A stretch of 63,899 nucleotides of DNA, filler included, from Octopus bimaculoides (lineage: Eukaryota): NCBI RefSeq assembly GCF_001194135.2. It is 4 parts of 3 records of this genome, joined end to end, with 100 filler letters (N's around TTAATTAATTAA, not from the genome) between each part and the next. Parts side by side here need not be neighbours in the genome. Positions count along the whole stretch, not along the records: positions 1 to 11,239 come from NC_069005.1; positions 11,340 to 43,334 come from NC_069000.1; 2 more parts are not named here. One strand, written 5' to 3'. Positions within the stretch are counted from its first letter, which is position 1. Every line of letters begins with the position of its first letter. The position numbers and the translations under genes are program-made. Below are positions 1 to 13,215 of this stretch, piece after piece. The notes beneath the pieces were generated by a model that worked only from the letters and a program-made list of their open reading frames with translations, was not told where the DNA came from and did not search any database.

Positions 1-339
1 ACCATTACTTTCCCCACTCTTGCCTCCCCACCTCCCAACACCATCACACCACACCAGGCTACACCATACGACACAAAGCATCACATCACAACACACCACC
101 ACGCACACACCAGCACTGACCAATTCCTATCCCCACATTTTCACACCTACACATACACACATGCACACGTCATGATCACGAGCACTCTCTAACACACGCG
201 CACCTTCGTTTTGGGATCACAACTACTTTGTTATCTTCTCTTCTTCTTAACTCTCCTGTGTGACCCTTCTGTCCGGCATTCGCCATGATAGATCTCTAAC
301 CACTACACACATTTTTTCTCTCCTCGTTTCTTTGTGTTC

Positions 340-470
340 CTTTCTGTAGAAGAGCGTTGGCTCGAAATGTTAAAGACTTTATCAATTCCCGAGCGTTATA
401 CTAATACATCTGTTTGTTTTCTACACCACCTGACTTCGTCTGTCGTTTTTTTGTGAATTGTCCCTATATA
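340..470 (+). mobile_element. Penelope-type terminal repeat fragment with hammerhead-like fold
   Basis: CTTT-CTGTAGA-A-GAGC-GTTG-GCTC-GAAA-TGT-T-AAAG (340-375) followed by a T-rich tail, resembling Penelope pseudo-LTR ends. Confidence 0.5.
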
Positions 471-1046
471 TACATGTATATNNNNNNNNNNNNNNNNNNN
501 NNNNNNNNNNNNNNNNNNNNNNNNNNNNNNNNNNNNNNNNNNNNNNNNNNNNNNNNNNNNNNNNNNNNNNNNNNNNNNNNNNNNNNNNNNNNNNNNNNNN
601 NNNNNNNNNNNNNNNNNNNNNNNNNNNNNNNNNNNNNNNNNNNNNNNNNNNNNNNNNNNNNNNNNNNNNNNNNNNNNNNNNNNNNNNNNNNNNNNNNNNN
701 NNNNNNNNNNNNNNNNNNNNNNNNNNNNNNNNNNNNNNNNNNNNNNNNNNNNNNNNNNNNNNNNNNNNNNNNNNNNNNNNNNNNNNNNNNNNNNNNNNNN
801 NNNNNNNNNNNNNNNNNNNNNNNNNNNNNNNNNNNNNNAAAGGAGACTACGACAGCGGTACTGGAAATTAATAGTTATCGCCAAGCCAACATGGCAGTCC
901 CAAAATTAGGACGAAAGCTGCCGTGAATTAGCTCCATATATATATATTTATATACATATATATATATATATATGTATGCATGTATACCTATATGCATGTC
1001 TACGTAAGTATATATATGCTTATATGTTGTTGCGTGTTTGTACTAA

Positions 1047-1090
<44 letters not shown>

Positions 1091-1121
1091 TACATATATA
1101 TACATATGCATATATATATAA

Positions 1122-1160
<39 letters not shown>

Positions 1161-2248
1161 TAGATTTGGGTACATTAATTTCTTATACATTCTTCATATG
1201 TCCTTTTTCATTTTGGCCGTGTTTTTCCTTTTTTCCTTTATATTTTATTCGTTCTATCTTCTCGTTCGTTTTTATGTCAACCGTATTGTATGTTTTGTGT
1301 TCTTCAGCTTGGAACAAGGAATACAATATTTTTCTTCATTTTAAACATTTATTTATATTTCAATTGCTGAGGAAACGATAGATATTCATTTCTGAATATT
1401 TATTTTAAAAATATTTTTCGAATATCTCTTATGGAAACATATGTTCAAGGATCATGTAAATAAATATTTTTATTATATATTCTATTATTTTACTCATTCT
1501 ATTTTTTCGACTGGAATTGATTAACTAGGAAATAAAATAGTATTTTTTTCATAATTCACGCCGTTTCCATATTGAGTTCTAAGTTACAGCTAATTGTGCG
1601 TATCTTAAAACATTTTGATACATATTCAATCGAAAATTGAAATATATATGTATATTCTCCCTCCTATTGAGTTCTAATGCTTTTCTCCGTATATCAAGGA
1701 GAGAAATTTTATAGGAATGTCTTTGAAGAATATACCGATACCTCGGAAGAAAGATTCCTGGAAATTGTTATTCAAAAAACAAATAATTTTAATCGAAGAA
1801 TTAGATAGCACGCTTTCTATTTAGATCGGAAAATATATTCTTAAAAATAAAAACAACGGCAAAATATAAGGATTTAAAACTTACCAGAACCCACCAGAAA
1901 AACCCGATTTAGGATAATTTCGAAAAGGATCTATTTCAAGTGAGTAAAAAAGTTGATTTTTTATAAATACAAGGGTGATTCCCAGAAAGAACTTGCCAGT
2001 AAGGTAAGGTCTGTAAAAAGGGCAAATCTACGTTCTTTAGGATAAACCGGTAATTTATACAGCAAAATTGAACAAACATATGCTACGTTGACATTGAAAG
2101 AACTAAATTAAAGCTACATAATGATATATTATATATCAAATTAACTTATAATAATAATTTCAAATTTATTGATAGATATGGATTAACGAATCGAAGAGAA
2201 GCACTTCAACGTATGTCTTGCATTCAGTTTGAAAGATCGTAGACCGAA

Positions 2249-2281
<33 letters not shown>

Positions 2282-2942
2282 NNNNNNNNNNNNNNNNNNN
2301 NNNNNNNNNNNNNNNNNNNNNNNNNNNNNNNNNNNNNNNNNNNNNNNNNNNNNNNNNNNNNNNNNNNNNNNNNNNNNNNNNNNNNNNNNNNNNNNNNNNN
2401 NNNNNNNNNNNNNNNNNNNNNNNNNNNNNNNNNNNNNNNNNNNNNNNNNNNNNNNNNNNNNNNNNNNNNNNNNNNNNNNNNNNNNNNNNNNNNNNNNNNN
2501 NNNNNNNNNNNNNNNNNNNNNNNNNNNNNNNNNNNNNNNNNNNNNNNNNNNNNNNNNNNNNNNNNNNNNNNNNNNNNNNNNNNNNNNNNNNNNNNNNNNN
2601 NNNNNNNNNNNNNNNNNNNNNNNNNNNNNNNNNNNNNNNNNNNNNNNNNNNNNNNNNNNNNNNNNNNNNNNNNNNNNNNNNNNNNNNNNNNNNNNNNNNN
2701 NNNNNNNNNNNNNNNNNNNNNNNNNNNNNNNNNNNNNNNNNNNNNNNNNNNNNNNNNNNNNNNNNNNNNNNNNNNNNNNNNNNNNNNNNNNNNNNNNNNN
2801 NNNNNNNNNNNNNNNNNNNNNNNNNNNNNNNNNNNNNNNNNNNNNNNNNNNNNNNNNNNNNNNNNNNNNNNNNNNNNNNNNNNNNNNNNNNNNNNNNNNN
2901 NNNNNNNNNTATATATACACACATATATATACATATACATAT

Positions 2943-2973
<31 letters not shown>

Positions 2974-4194
2974 TATATATATATATATATACATATATAT
3001 GTGTCTATGTGTAAACATATATACGTATATATACATATATTCATATACATTCATATATATATATATATATATATATATACTTACACACACACACACACAC
3101 ATACACACATACATATATATACACACGCACATGCATACATATAAAGATACCTAGATAGATATAACATCTATGTGCGCATGTACAGGGAAAGTCTATCGGT
3201 TTAAATGAACCGAAATTATTGTCTTCTAAAATTTCTTCTCTCTTGATCAATTGACTTATTTTCCCTATCTCAATCAGATATAGGCAGATTAAGTAAAAAT
3301 AATTGAATTAAACATTAGATGAAAACATAGCTTAAGCTTGTACTTTGGAAAAATACGAACGAAATATCGAATTAACTTATAAATTCAAAATATTTAATCT
3401 AGTATTTATTTCCTCCAATTCGACATAGAAAGCTACTATTCATCAATTTCACCGATGTATGTTAAACAAAGCCTTGATTTTCGCAAGTAAAATTATTGAT
3501 TTAAACAAGGATGAAATTAATATCGTTCTTATTGCTCAAAAAAACATCAATTCATTTTCAGAACGGTCTGCGGATTAGAAGTTGAAGAATGGATTTATGT
3601 GATATTATTATAGGATCATCTCATTCTGCAGAAGCTACTGACTTCTTTCGAATATGCTTATTTTATCAAATCAAGGATTCATTTAATGATATCGGAGGTA
3701 GTTTATATAGAGATGATGCTCTTTTAAATGTTTTTAATTATACCCCACAGGACTTGAGTGACTCGACAAATAATTACATAGATTTTCCGACAATATAACC
3801 TATCGATATCATTCAAAGGAAATATTTAAAATGTTAAATTCCTGGATATTTGGATTTTCGGGCCAACCTTTTCACAAACTGAACGAAAATCTGCATTATA
3901 TCCATAAAGTTTCTAAGCAGCCCCAAAGTACTATTAATGGATTATTGAGAAATATTTCAACTAAGATCTCTAGACTTTCTGCAAATGAACAGATATCCCA
4001 GAGTAATGCCGGTTATCATAATAAGGCACTTAGATGCAGTGGCTTTAATGAATGTTTTAAATATACATCAAATAATATATATACAAACTAGGATAAACCA
4101 AACACAAATTGTAGAAATAAAAAGAGGTTTAAGAACGATTATAATATTGAAACTAATAACTCTAATGATAGCAGAAGCAACATCACTGTTGATT

Positions 4195-4197
<3 letters not shown>

Positions 4198-4263
<66 letters not shown>

Positions 4264-4275
4264 GTAATTATAATA

Positions 4276-4322
<47 letters not shown>

Positions 4323-4367
4323 GATGATGATGATAATGATAATAATAACAATAAAAATAAAAATAAA

Positions 4368-4435
<68 letters not shown>

Positions 4436-4472
4436 TAATAATAATAATAATAATAATCATAATAATAATAAA
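4198..4472. repeat. Compound microsatellite (AAT)n-(GAT)n-(AAT)n
   Basis: Directly visible. Confidence 0.98.
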
Positions 4473-5005
4473 TACCCTGATGATTACACCAGGACACTGG
4501 CTCTCGTGCCTTCTAATCTTAAATGATTGGAAGTGCTATCATGTACATGTTTTGTCTTGGTATAAACGATGGACTACAGCAAATATTCTTCCCAATACCA
4601 CAGATTTGCTTTTCAGTTGTTTGACCTTAACAAGTTGTGCATGTCTCTAAGTGGCTGACGATATGTGCATCTCTGATCATGAGCAGAAGTAGTGGGGAAA
4701 CATCATAATCATGTGTCGAGAGAAATTCTTTGGGGTTTGAATAGTTCAACATACTTAAATAACCCATGTTCAGGGACCTTCTGAGCGGGATGGGCTACTC
4801 AACCAGATTAAAATTCTAACAGCCCCACCTGCAAGGTCATGAGCTGTTTATCTTGATATGAGGTCACCATGTCACCCACATTTGGTTGTGATGCATGTCC
4901 CTAGTGTACCCGTATCAGACGGATAGCTATGATGGGTATACTGGGCTTCTTATATTTTACCCCAGTGTCACTTTAATGGCATGCACTACTCTCTCAGTCA
5001 ATAAT
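4470..5005. mobile_element. Unclassified interspersed repeat inserted in the (AAT)n tract inside the Penelope element
   Basis: Higher-GC block that starts at the end of the (AAT)n run, ends in ...ctctctcagtcaataat, and separates two collinear Penelope ORF segments. Confidence 0.5.
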
Positions 5006-5332
5006 TATAGTAACAATACAAGGAAAAAGTCGGACCATTACTAATAAGGAATATGAAAAACTTCATTCCCTGAACAACAAATCTTGAAAGAATTGTAACT
5101 TGGTATAACATTCAATTCTGAACACAAATTAGAACTAATGAACCCAGAATTTTGTTTAAAATACTTAGAAAAAATTTCACACCGCAACATAAATACTATC
5201 AAGTCTATAATGATTATACCATAAAACATTCATATTCAGCCACACCTAATTAGCGCAAATTATTGCAACATCCATTTATCATAAAGTTAGGAAAGGATCA
5301 ACAACAAAAACAACAACAACAACAACAACAAC

Positions 5333-5387
<55 letters not shown>

Positions 5388-5638
5388 GTATTAATAAAAA
5401 TAACAAATTTAACATTAATATTAATAGGAATGAGTATAGCTGTAACTGTAGATGTACTAACTAATGGCCACTTAAATGATATCACCTGAGTAAAAATGTA
5501 ATTTATAGATACAATGCCACAAACCGTAATATTATTAAGCAATGTATAAGATTTACATCAAATTCTTTGTAAACCAGATCTTCATCACTTAAATATTAAT
5601 TTTTCAGTCATAAAGTAAAACAGCCAACGACATTTCGG

Positions 5639-5679
<41 letters not shown>

Positions 5680-5929
5680 TATATATATATATATGGTATC
5701 TTAAATTCAAAGTTATGGATTGTAAAATTGATTGGGGCAATTTAAGTTTTGCAAAACCATACAGGAGAGGAGACGTGATTGCCGATTATGTACACGCGAA
5801 GGATTTGAAATATTACTGGCTAAAATCTAACTTATTGAATAAGAACGAGCGAATGGTCAATTGCCACCATAAAATAAGAACATTTAAAAACTATAATGCG
5901 AAGCCATAATAGGTTGTGAATTTTGTATC

Positions 5930-6460
5930 TATGATTTTATGTCTATATGTATGTATGTAACTATATGCATGTGTTTGGATATGTACTTGTATATTTATGC
6001 ATTTATACAAAATATTAATATATAAGTTCAAATACACACGCATGCATATAGATTCATACATTCAAACGCGCAAACATATACATGTATATATGTACATATA
6101 CATATATATATACATATATGAATGTATATATGAATGTATATATATGTATAAATATGTATATATATGTACNNNNNNNNNNNNNNNNNNNNNNNNNNNNNNN
6201 NNNNNNNNNNNNNNNNNNNNNNNNNNNNNNNNNNNNNNNNNNNNNNNNNNNNNNNNNNNNNNNNNNNNNNNNNNNNNNNNNNNNNNNNNNNNNNNNNNNN
6301 NNNNNNNNNNNNNNNNNNNNNNNNNNNNNNNNNNNNNNNNNNNNNNNATGAATGTGTGTGGATATGTACTTATATATAAATAAATTTTTATATATATGTA
6401 TCTGTATGTATATATGTGCTTTTATACGCATCTGCATATGTATATCTATATATGCGCATG

Positions 6461-6547
<87 letters not shown>

Positions 6548-7340
6548 ATATTGGATGTGTATATATATCTATCTGTGTGTGTATATAATTATATGTATAT
6601 GTTTGTATGGGTATATGCATATATGCTCGTTTTTCTGTCTGTGCATATGTATATGTATGTACATACGTGAGCATACGAATGGATGTATCTGTATATGCAT
6701 ACACATATCTGTGTGCGTGTGTGTATGTGTGCGTGCGTGTGTATATGTGTGCGTGTGTCTATGTGTGCGTGTGTCTATGTGTGCGTGCGTTCGTTTTGGC
6801 TACCATTTCTAGCACACGCTATGATCTCTGGGTGTGAAGTGAGACTTGTTGCGTGTGTGAGTATGTATGTGCTTTCGTTTATGTGTGTATGTGTGTGTAT
6901 ACAAACCTGTACGTATGCATGTATGTGTGCATATCTATATTTGTGTATATGCTTGTATGTATATATGTGCATGTGGATAATCTTGTTGGTGTATAGGTAT
7001 ATGTGTATCTGTGTATGTATAAATGTATGTATGCTTGTATATATATGTCTGTTGTGTACGTGTGTGTCTGCCTATGTATGTTTGTGTATATATATTTGTG
7101 TGTGTGTATGCATATGTGTGTATATGTGTCTGTGCATATGTATATGCAATTGCGTACGTATGTGTTCACATTTGTGTAAGTCCATTTCTGTAATCTGTAC
7201 GTGTGTATACATCTGTATGGATACGTATGTGCACACATATATGTATATGTATATACATGTGTGTATGTATGTATGTATGTATATATGTATATTTATGTAT
7301 GTATATGAATGTATATGTGTATATATAAAAACGTACACAC
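5930..7340. repeat. Degenerate (TA)/(TG) dinucleotide field
   Basis: Directly visible. Similar fields at 930-1160, 2251-3150, 10340-10755 and 48520-48920. Confidence 0.95.
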
Positions 7341-7559
7341 ATGGGGAAGGGGCGTGTTATATAATCCAAGAATCTTATCGGACAACAGAAAGCGAGACTG
7401 TACGGTATTGCTATCTGTTGGAATGGTACTTAGAGGGCGCCATATTGTTTATTTGAAGAACGTCAAGTAATAAGATTCTTGAGAGTTAGCTCTAGATCCT
7501 CTTGGATTAAGGAACCAGGAGGAGCCCTGGGGCAATTAATTAAGGAATAGGACATTGCA

Positions 7560-8698
<1,139 letters not shown>

Positions 8699-9290
8699 AC
8701 GGTTTCCTTTCATTATGACTTCATTTCAGCTGTCTTCGTACCGGACATCCTTTTGTTTTCCTCACATTTATTCCATTTTAAATGGAGAATGCTTTCCATA
8801 ATATATGGGCTGTACCCATCAAGTTCGCGGAGACTGGAGTTATCAGGGAGTTGCTTAATATACTTCTCAGCTCTCTTCCTTATCATTCCCAATGCACCAA
8901 TTACTACTGGTATTATTGGAGTGCTAAGCTTCCACATCTTTTTGCCAATATTTATAGTGAGAAAGCTTTTCACATTCCTTTCTAGAGACATTTTGATCTT
9001 CTGGGACAGACATATCTATTACCAGACAAGTTCCTCTGTTGTAGACCTTGATCACAATGTCTGGTCGGTTGGAGTAATTTTTTCTGTCTGTGTGTATTGG
9101 GAAGTTCCAAAGGACGGTGACTCCTTCGCCATTTACTACATCCTCTGGATGGTGCCTGTACCACTTATGGGATTTAATTTTGTAGTATTGACAAGCATTC
9201 CAGTGGATGTACTGCCGTAGTCTGTCATATCTTATGAAGTACTCTTTTCAGCGAGGACTGGGCAGCCAGAAACCACATGATTGTTGGGAA
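8699..9290 (-). mobile_element. 5'-truncated R4/Dong-type non-LTR retrotransposon (restriction-like endonuclease clade)
   Basis: Minus-strand frames give HVVSGCPVLAEK/EYFIRYDRLRQYIHW..CQYY (zinc knuckle), WYRHHPEDVVNGEGVTVLWNFPIHTDR, and KMWKLSTPIIPVVIGALGMIRK (REL domain). The 3' end runs directly into a long (TAA)n tract. Confidence 0.88.
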
Positions 9291-10159
9291 TCGCTAGCAC
9301 ATTTCTCTCCCACAATGAGAAGACATAATATATGTGTTAACCATGAAACCTGCTTCCATGTTTGTTTGGAATCGCTAGCATCCTTCTGTCGCACACTGCG
9401 GAGGCATAACATATATGTTAACCATGAAAGTTGTTAATATATTATCCGGGAAACCTGCCAATATTAAGGTTGCGCAATTGCTTGGGATTTCAAGAATCTT
9501 TCTATCACATATTGAAGAGGCGCGACATGTGTCGTCCATAAAATTTGGTATTACTGTCTTTTGGAAATTACTGTTTTGAGTCATAAGAATTATAGTGTCA
9601 GTTACCATGTTTCTATGGTATATAAATGAGCGGATTCACAACATTCCCCTTGTGTAGAACGCCAGTTCTTCAAAGGGTTAGTCATTTACAAAGTAGTGGA
9701 TTTGAGCAACCTGAAACGAAGTGTTTTGCTCATGAACACGTCGCACCGCCTCGTCCAGAAAGTGATATCACTATTTTGCGATCGTGAGTGCAACGCTGTA
9801 GCCATGACATTTACGAAAGCTGCTAATATTGAGGTTGAATATTTCTTTGGAATCGCTAGCACCTTTCTGTCACACTCTGAGCAGTTATAACATATATCTG
9901 TCACCATTTGACCTTTTTCTAACGCAGAGAGAGGGAGATGGAGACAGAGATAGGGACAGAGGCAAACAGACAGACCGAGAGATTGTTGCTAGTTACTTGG
10001 GGAAAAAACAGAAAACTAGTAGCACTTTAAAATGAGGAAAAAATTATTGCATGCAGCCTGTGAGATTATGTTGAGTCACATCTTTGGAGCACCTTCAGGT
10101 TGATAGTTAAATGAATATTAGCGTAGCTATGAGACACGGCCATGAAGATCAGCAGAAAA

Positions 10160-10345
10160 GAGAGCGCGTGTGTGTGTATGTGTATGTGTGTGTCCTTGAG
10201 TGCCTGTGTGTGTGTATGTGTGTGTCCTTGAGTACGTGTGTGTGTGTATGTATGTGTCCTTGAGTACGTGTGTGTGTATGTGTGTGTCCTTGAGTACGTG
10301 TGAGTGTGTATGTATGTGTCCTTGAGTACGTGTGTGTGTATGTGT
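10160..10345. repeat. Minisatellite, about 30-bp unit (TG)n-TCCTTGAGTAC
   Basis: CCTTGAGT recurs at about 10195, 10226, 10258, 10288 and 10320, separated by TG/TA-rich spacers. Confidence 0.9.
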
Positions 10346-11239
10346 GTAGGGAGGATTGTGTGTGTGTATGCTTGTTGTGTGTGCTTGTGTAGTTGTTTGT
10401 GTAGTTGTGTGTGCGTGCTTGTGCGCCTGTGTGTTTATGTGTGCTTGCGTGAGTATGTGTGCTTGTGCATTTGTATGCTTGCATGTGTGTGCTTGTGTGT
10501 CTGTGGGCTTGTGCGTATGTGCGTGTTTATGTGTGTGCGTTTTTGTGTATGTGTGTGCTTCTGCGTGTGTTTATGCATGTGTGTGTGTGTGTGTTTGTGT
10601 TTATGTCCGTGTGCTTGTACATGTGTGTGCTTGTATACGTGTGTGCTTGTATGTGTGTTTATGTATGTGTGTGTGTTTGTGTGTGTGCTTGTGTGTGTGT
10701 GTTTATGTGCGTGTGCTTATGTGTGTGTGCTTGTATGCGTCTCTGTGTGTGTGTAACTTGATTCGCGTATATTTCTTCATGATCCTCCACTAATTCAAGC
10801 GTTCTTATTTTTTATTACTAATTTTTTGTTGTTGTTACTTTTGTTTCCCTGGTGTTTTTCTTTGATTTTTTGCCTTATTATTTATTTTGCTTCCATCCCT
10901 AAATGTATATATTTTGCACATAGATCTTACTTAACTTCATGACGCTAAAGAAAATCATTTGAAAAAAATATAACAAATAATAACAAATAGCAACAGGCAA
11001 GATTTTAGAAAATAAGGAAAAATTTTCTAATTTCAATTTCTCTGTAAGGGAGCTGAAAATTCAGTTTGAAAATAAATTGGGGTGAAAAACAAACAAAAAA
11101 GATACGGTGATGGTGGTGGTGGTGGTGGTGGTGGTGGTGGTGGTGGTGACAGCGATGACGATGACGATGACAATGATGCTAATGAGGAAGGTGAAAATAA
11201 TTTTCGTAGTGGTGCTGGTGGTGGTGGTTGTGGTTGTGG

Positions 11240-11339
11240 NNNNNNNNNNNNNNNNNNNNNNNNNNNNNNNNNNNNNNNNNNNNTTAATTAATTAANNNNN
11301 NNNNNNNNNNNNNNNNNNNNNNNNNNNNNNNNNNNNNNN
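11240..11339. other. Artificial scaffold-join spacer N44-TTAATTAATTAA-N44
   Basis: Exactly 100 bp with a central palindrome carrying stops in all six frames. Identical structure at 43335-43434 and 62491-62590. Confidence 0.95.
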
Positions 11340-11375
<36 letters not shown>

Positions 11376-12039
11376 GTCTATAAAAGAGATAAATTATCCT
11401 GGTGAATATCGTATTATCTCTCAAATCGGTTTTGATGCCGGCTTCTCCACAACGGTACTCAAACTTAGAAAGAGATACTGTTATTGGTAACTCCAATCGT
11501 TGGATAATTCCGTGTTTCTATTTAGAATTGCAAATATTCCGTATAGTATTTTATAACGTTGAATACGAAGAGGATAGCAGAGGTTTATTCACATCCAAAA
11601 CATTTTTATCAAAAAAGTTTTCTACAGCATATATAACACTGACCTACACACACACACACATATATATATATATGTCGGTGATCGATATTAGACAGGTATT
11701 GAGATCAATTCAGTCAATTGAACCATCCTCCCACGTTCAGCAAATACAATATACCACTCCTGTGTCACTCCAGAGAGTCGCTACGTTATTGAATCGACCG
11801 ACTAAAAATAGCATCTGATGATCTGATGAAATAAGAGGCACGTTTAAGAACACGTAGTCCACGGTACACTAGGCCTGAAAAGGAAAAGGAAAAATATTTG
11901 GCGGGTTGTTCATGGCTGGAAAACCCGTAATCACGTGTTGCTCTTTTTTCTTTTCTTTCATTTATTTATTTTCTTTTTCTTAAATGGCTTATTTCGAGGA
12001 AGAATAGCAATGTTTATAATCCGCTTTTTGTGGGTAGGG

Positions 12040-12280
12040 AGAAGGAATCGAAGGAAGAAATGGTGGAAGAAAAGAAGGAAAGAAAGAAGGAAGGAAGGAA
12101 GGAAAGAAAGAAAGAAAGAAAGAAGGAAGGAAGGAGAGAAATAAGAAAGGAAAGGAAAAAAAGAAAGAAAGAAAGAAAGAAAGAAAGAGTGAATGAATAA
12201 ATGAAGGAACGAACGAACGAACGAAGAAACGAGTGAAGGAAGGAAGGAAGGAAAAAGAAATGAAGGAAGGAAGGAAGCTA
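12040..12280. repeat. (GGAA)/(AAAG)/(GAAC) tetranucleotide field
   Basis: Directly visible. Confidence 0.95.
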
Positions 12281-12955
12281 TGCCCAAACAGGAGGTCTGA
12301 TCCCGGGCCATGCAGATGAGTAGGCTATCATACAAGGAAAGAAACGCTTGTTATCCCGGTTACGTTATTTTTGCCTGTACAATTCTACAAATAAAATAAT
12401 GGGTCAACCGGAAATTATGGTCGAAACTGAGGTGTTGGTCAAGTCGAGACATTACCAAAACGAGATATCGGTCAAACCTCCTGAAGAGGGTGGCCGGATC
12501 TACCTAATCGTTATACACTTCCACTACTGTTCGCATATTTTTACGAACGACATCTGCCAATATTATGAAGCAATTTTCAGCCCCCAGAAACAGCTGTAGG
12601 ACCTGTAACACCATAAATTTTCTGTGTCTTTATACTCTGTGTAGGTTTGCTTCCTTAATATATAAATATCTATATATTTATACATGAATATTCATCGTCT
12701 GAATATTCTAATTCTTTGTTTTCTCTTGAATTACATGTAAGTGCATTTTGTGTTTCTAGCCCAAGCTATTTTATTTGTTTGCTTGCATGATTATCGCCAG
12801 ATCTGCCCACTCGGATTCCTCTTATAGCCACTCTTTAGCCCGCTAACTTTGTTCTCCTTGTAGCTTTAAAGACAATATGAGAGTAAAGACACCACTAGGA
12901 CATGAATGACGTCTCAGGACCGTAGCGACGGGCGAAATACTGCCAGTCTCCAACC

Positions 12956-13062
12956 ACTAGACCATGATACGTTGTGAACTCCGGTTCTCGACCAATCACC
13001 GAAGCAATGTCGAGTAAACATCTAGATGGGTAACTGCTTGGGAAACTTAGGTGGTGTAAACA
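12956..13062 (+). pseudogene. 5S rRNA-derived sequence (pseudogene or SINE3-type head)
   Basis: GACCATgatACGTTGtgAACtCCGGTTCTCGaCCaATCACCGAAG-CAAtGTCGAG-..AGATGGGTaACtGCtTGGGAA..aGGTGgTGTAaac aligns along the metazoan 5S consensus as I recall it. It has a deletion in box A (TTAAG missing) and a second short deletion. Confidence 0.8.
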
Positions 13063-13067
13063 TCTTA

Positions 13068-13215
13068 GGCGCAGGTATGGCTGTGCAGTTAAGAAATTCG
13101 CTTTGCAACCACCTGCTTTCAAGGTCAATTCCACTCAGTGGCACCGTGGGCAAGTGTCGTCTGCTTATAGCCTCGAGCCGAGCAATGTCTTGTGCGTATG
13201 GGAGCCCGTCATGTG
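13068..13215 (+). mobile_element. tRNA-derived SINE (octopus OK/OR-like family A)
   Basis: GGCGCAGGTATGGCTGTGCAGTTAAG (A box), GGTCAATTCC (B box), GGCACCGTGGGCAAGTGTC body and (TG)n tail. Related copies at about 24510-24680(-), 34480-34636(-), 39855-40015(+), 44040-44150(+), 52474-52620(+), 55290-55390(+) and 56445-56600(+). Confidence 0.85.

Larger units (their letters stand above)
1717..5909 (+). mobile_element. Decayed full-length Penelope-like retroelement (RT + GIY-YIG), Neptune-like
   Basis: Collinear motifs across frameshifts and stops: MSLKNIPIP (1717), KTNNFNRRIR*HAFY, GFKTYQNPP, FDIESYYSSISP (3419), LYRDD (YRDD 3706-3717), YIHKVSKQP..ALRCSGF, RIVTWYN..KHSYSATPN, NCRC...NVIY (GIY-YIG region), and YIWYLK..IDW...AKPY..LLNK...CHH ending at 5909. 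Interrupted by microsatellites, a gap and an insertion at about 4470-5005. Confidence 0.88.

Noticed and set aside
10160-10345. Regularly spaced repeat resembling a CRISPR array
   Set aside because: Eukaryotic DNA, spacers are near-identical TG repeats, and there are no cas genes; it is a minisatellite.
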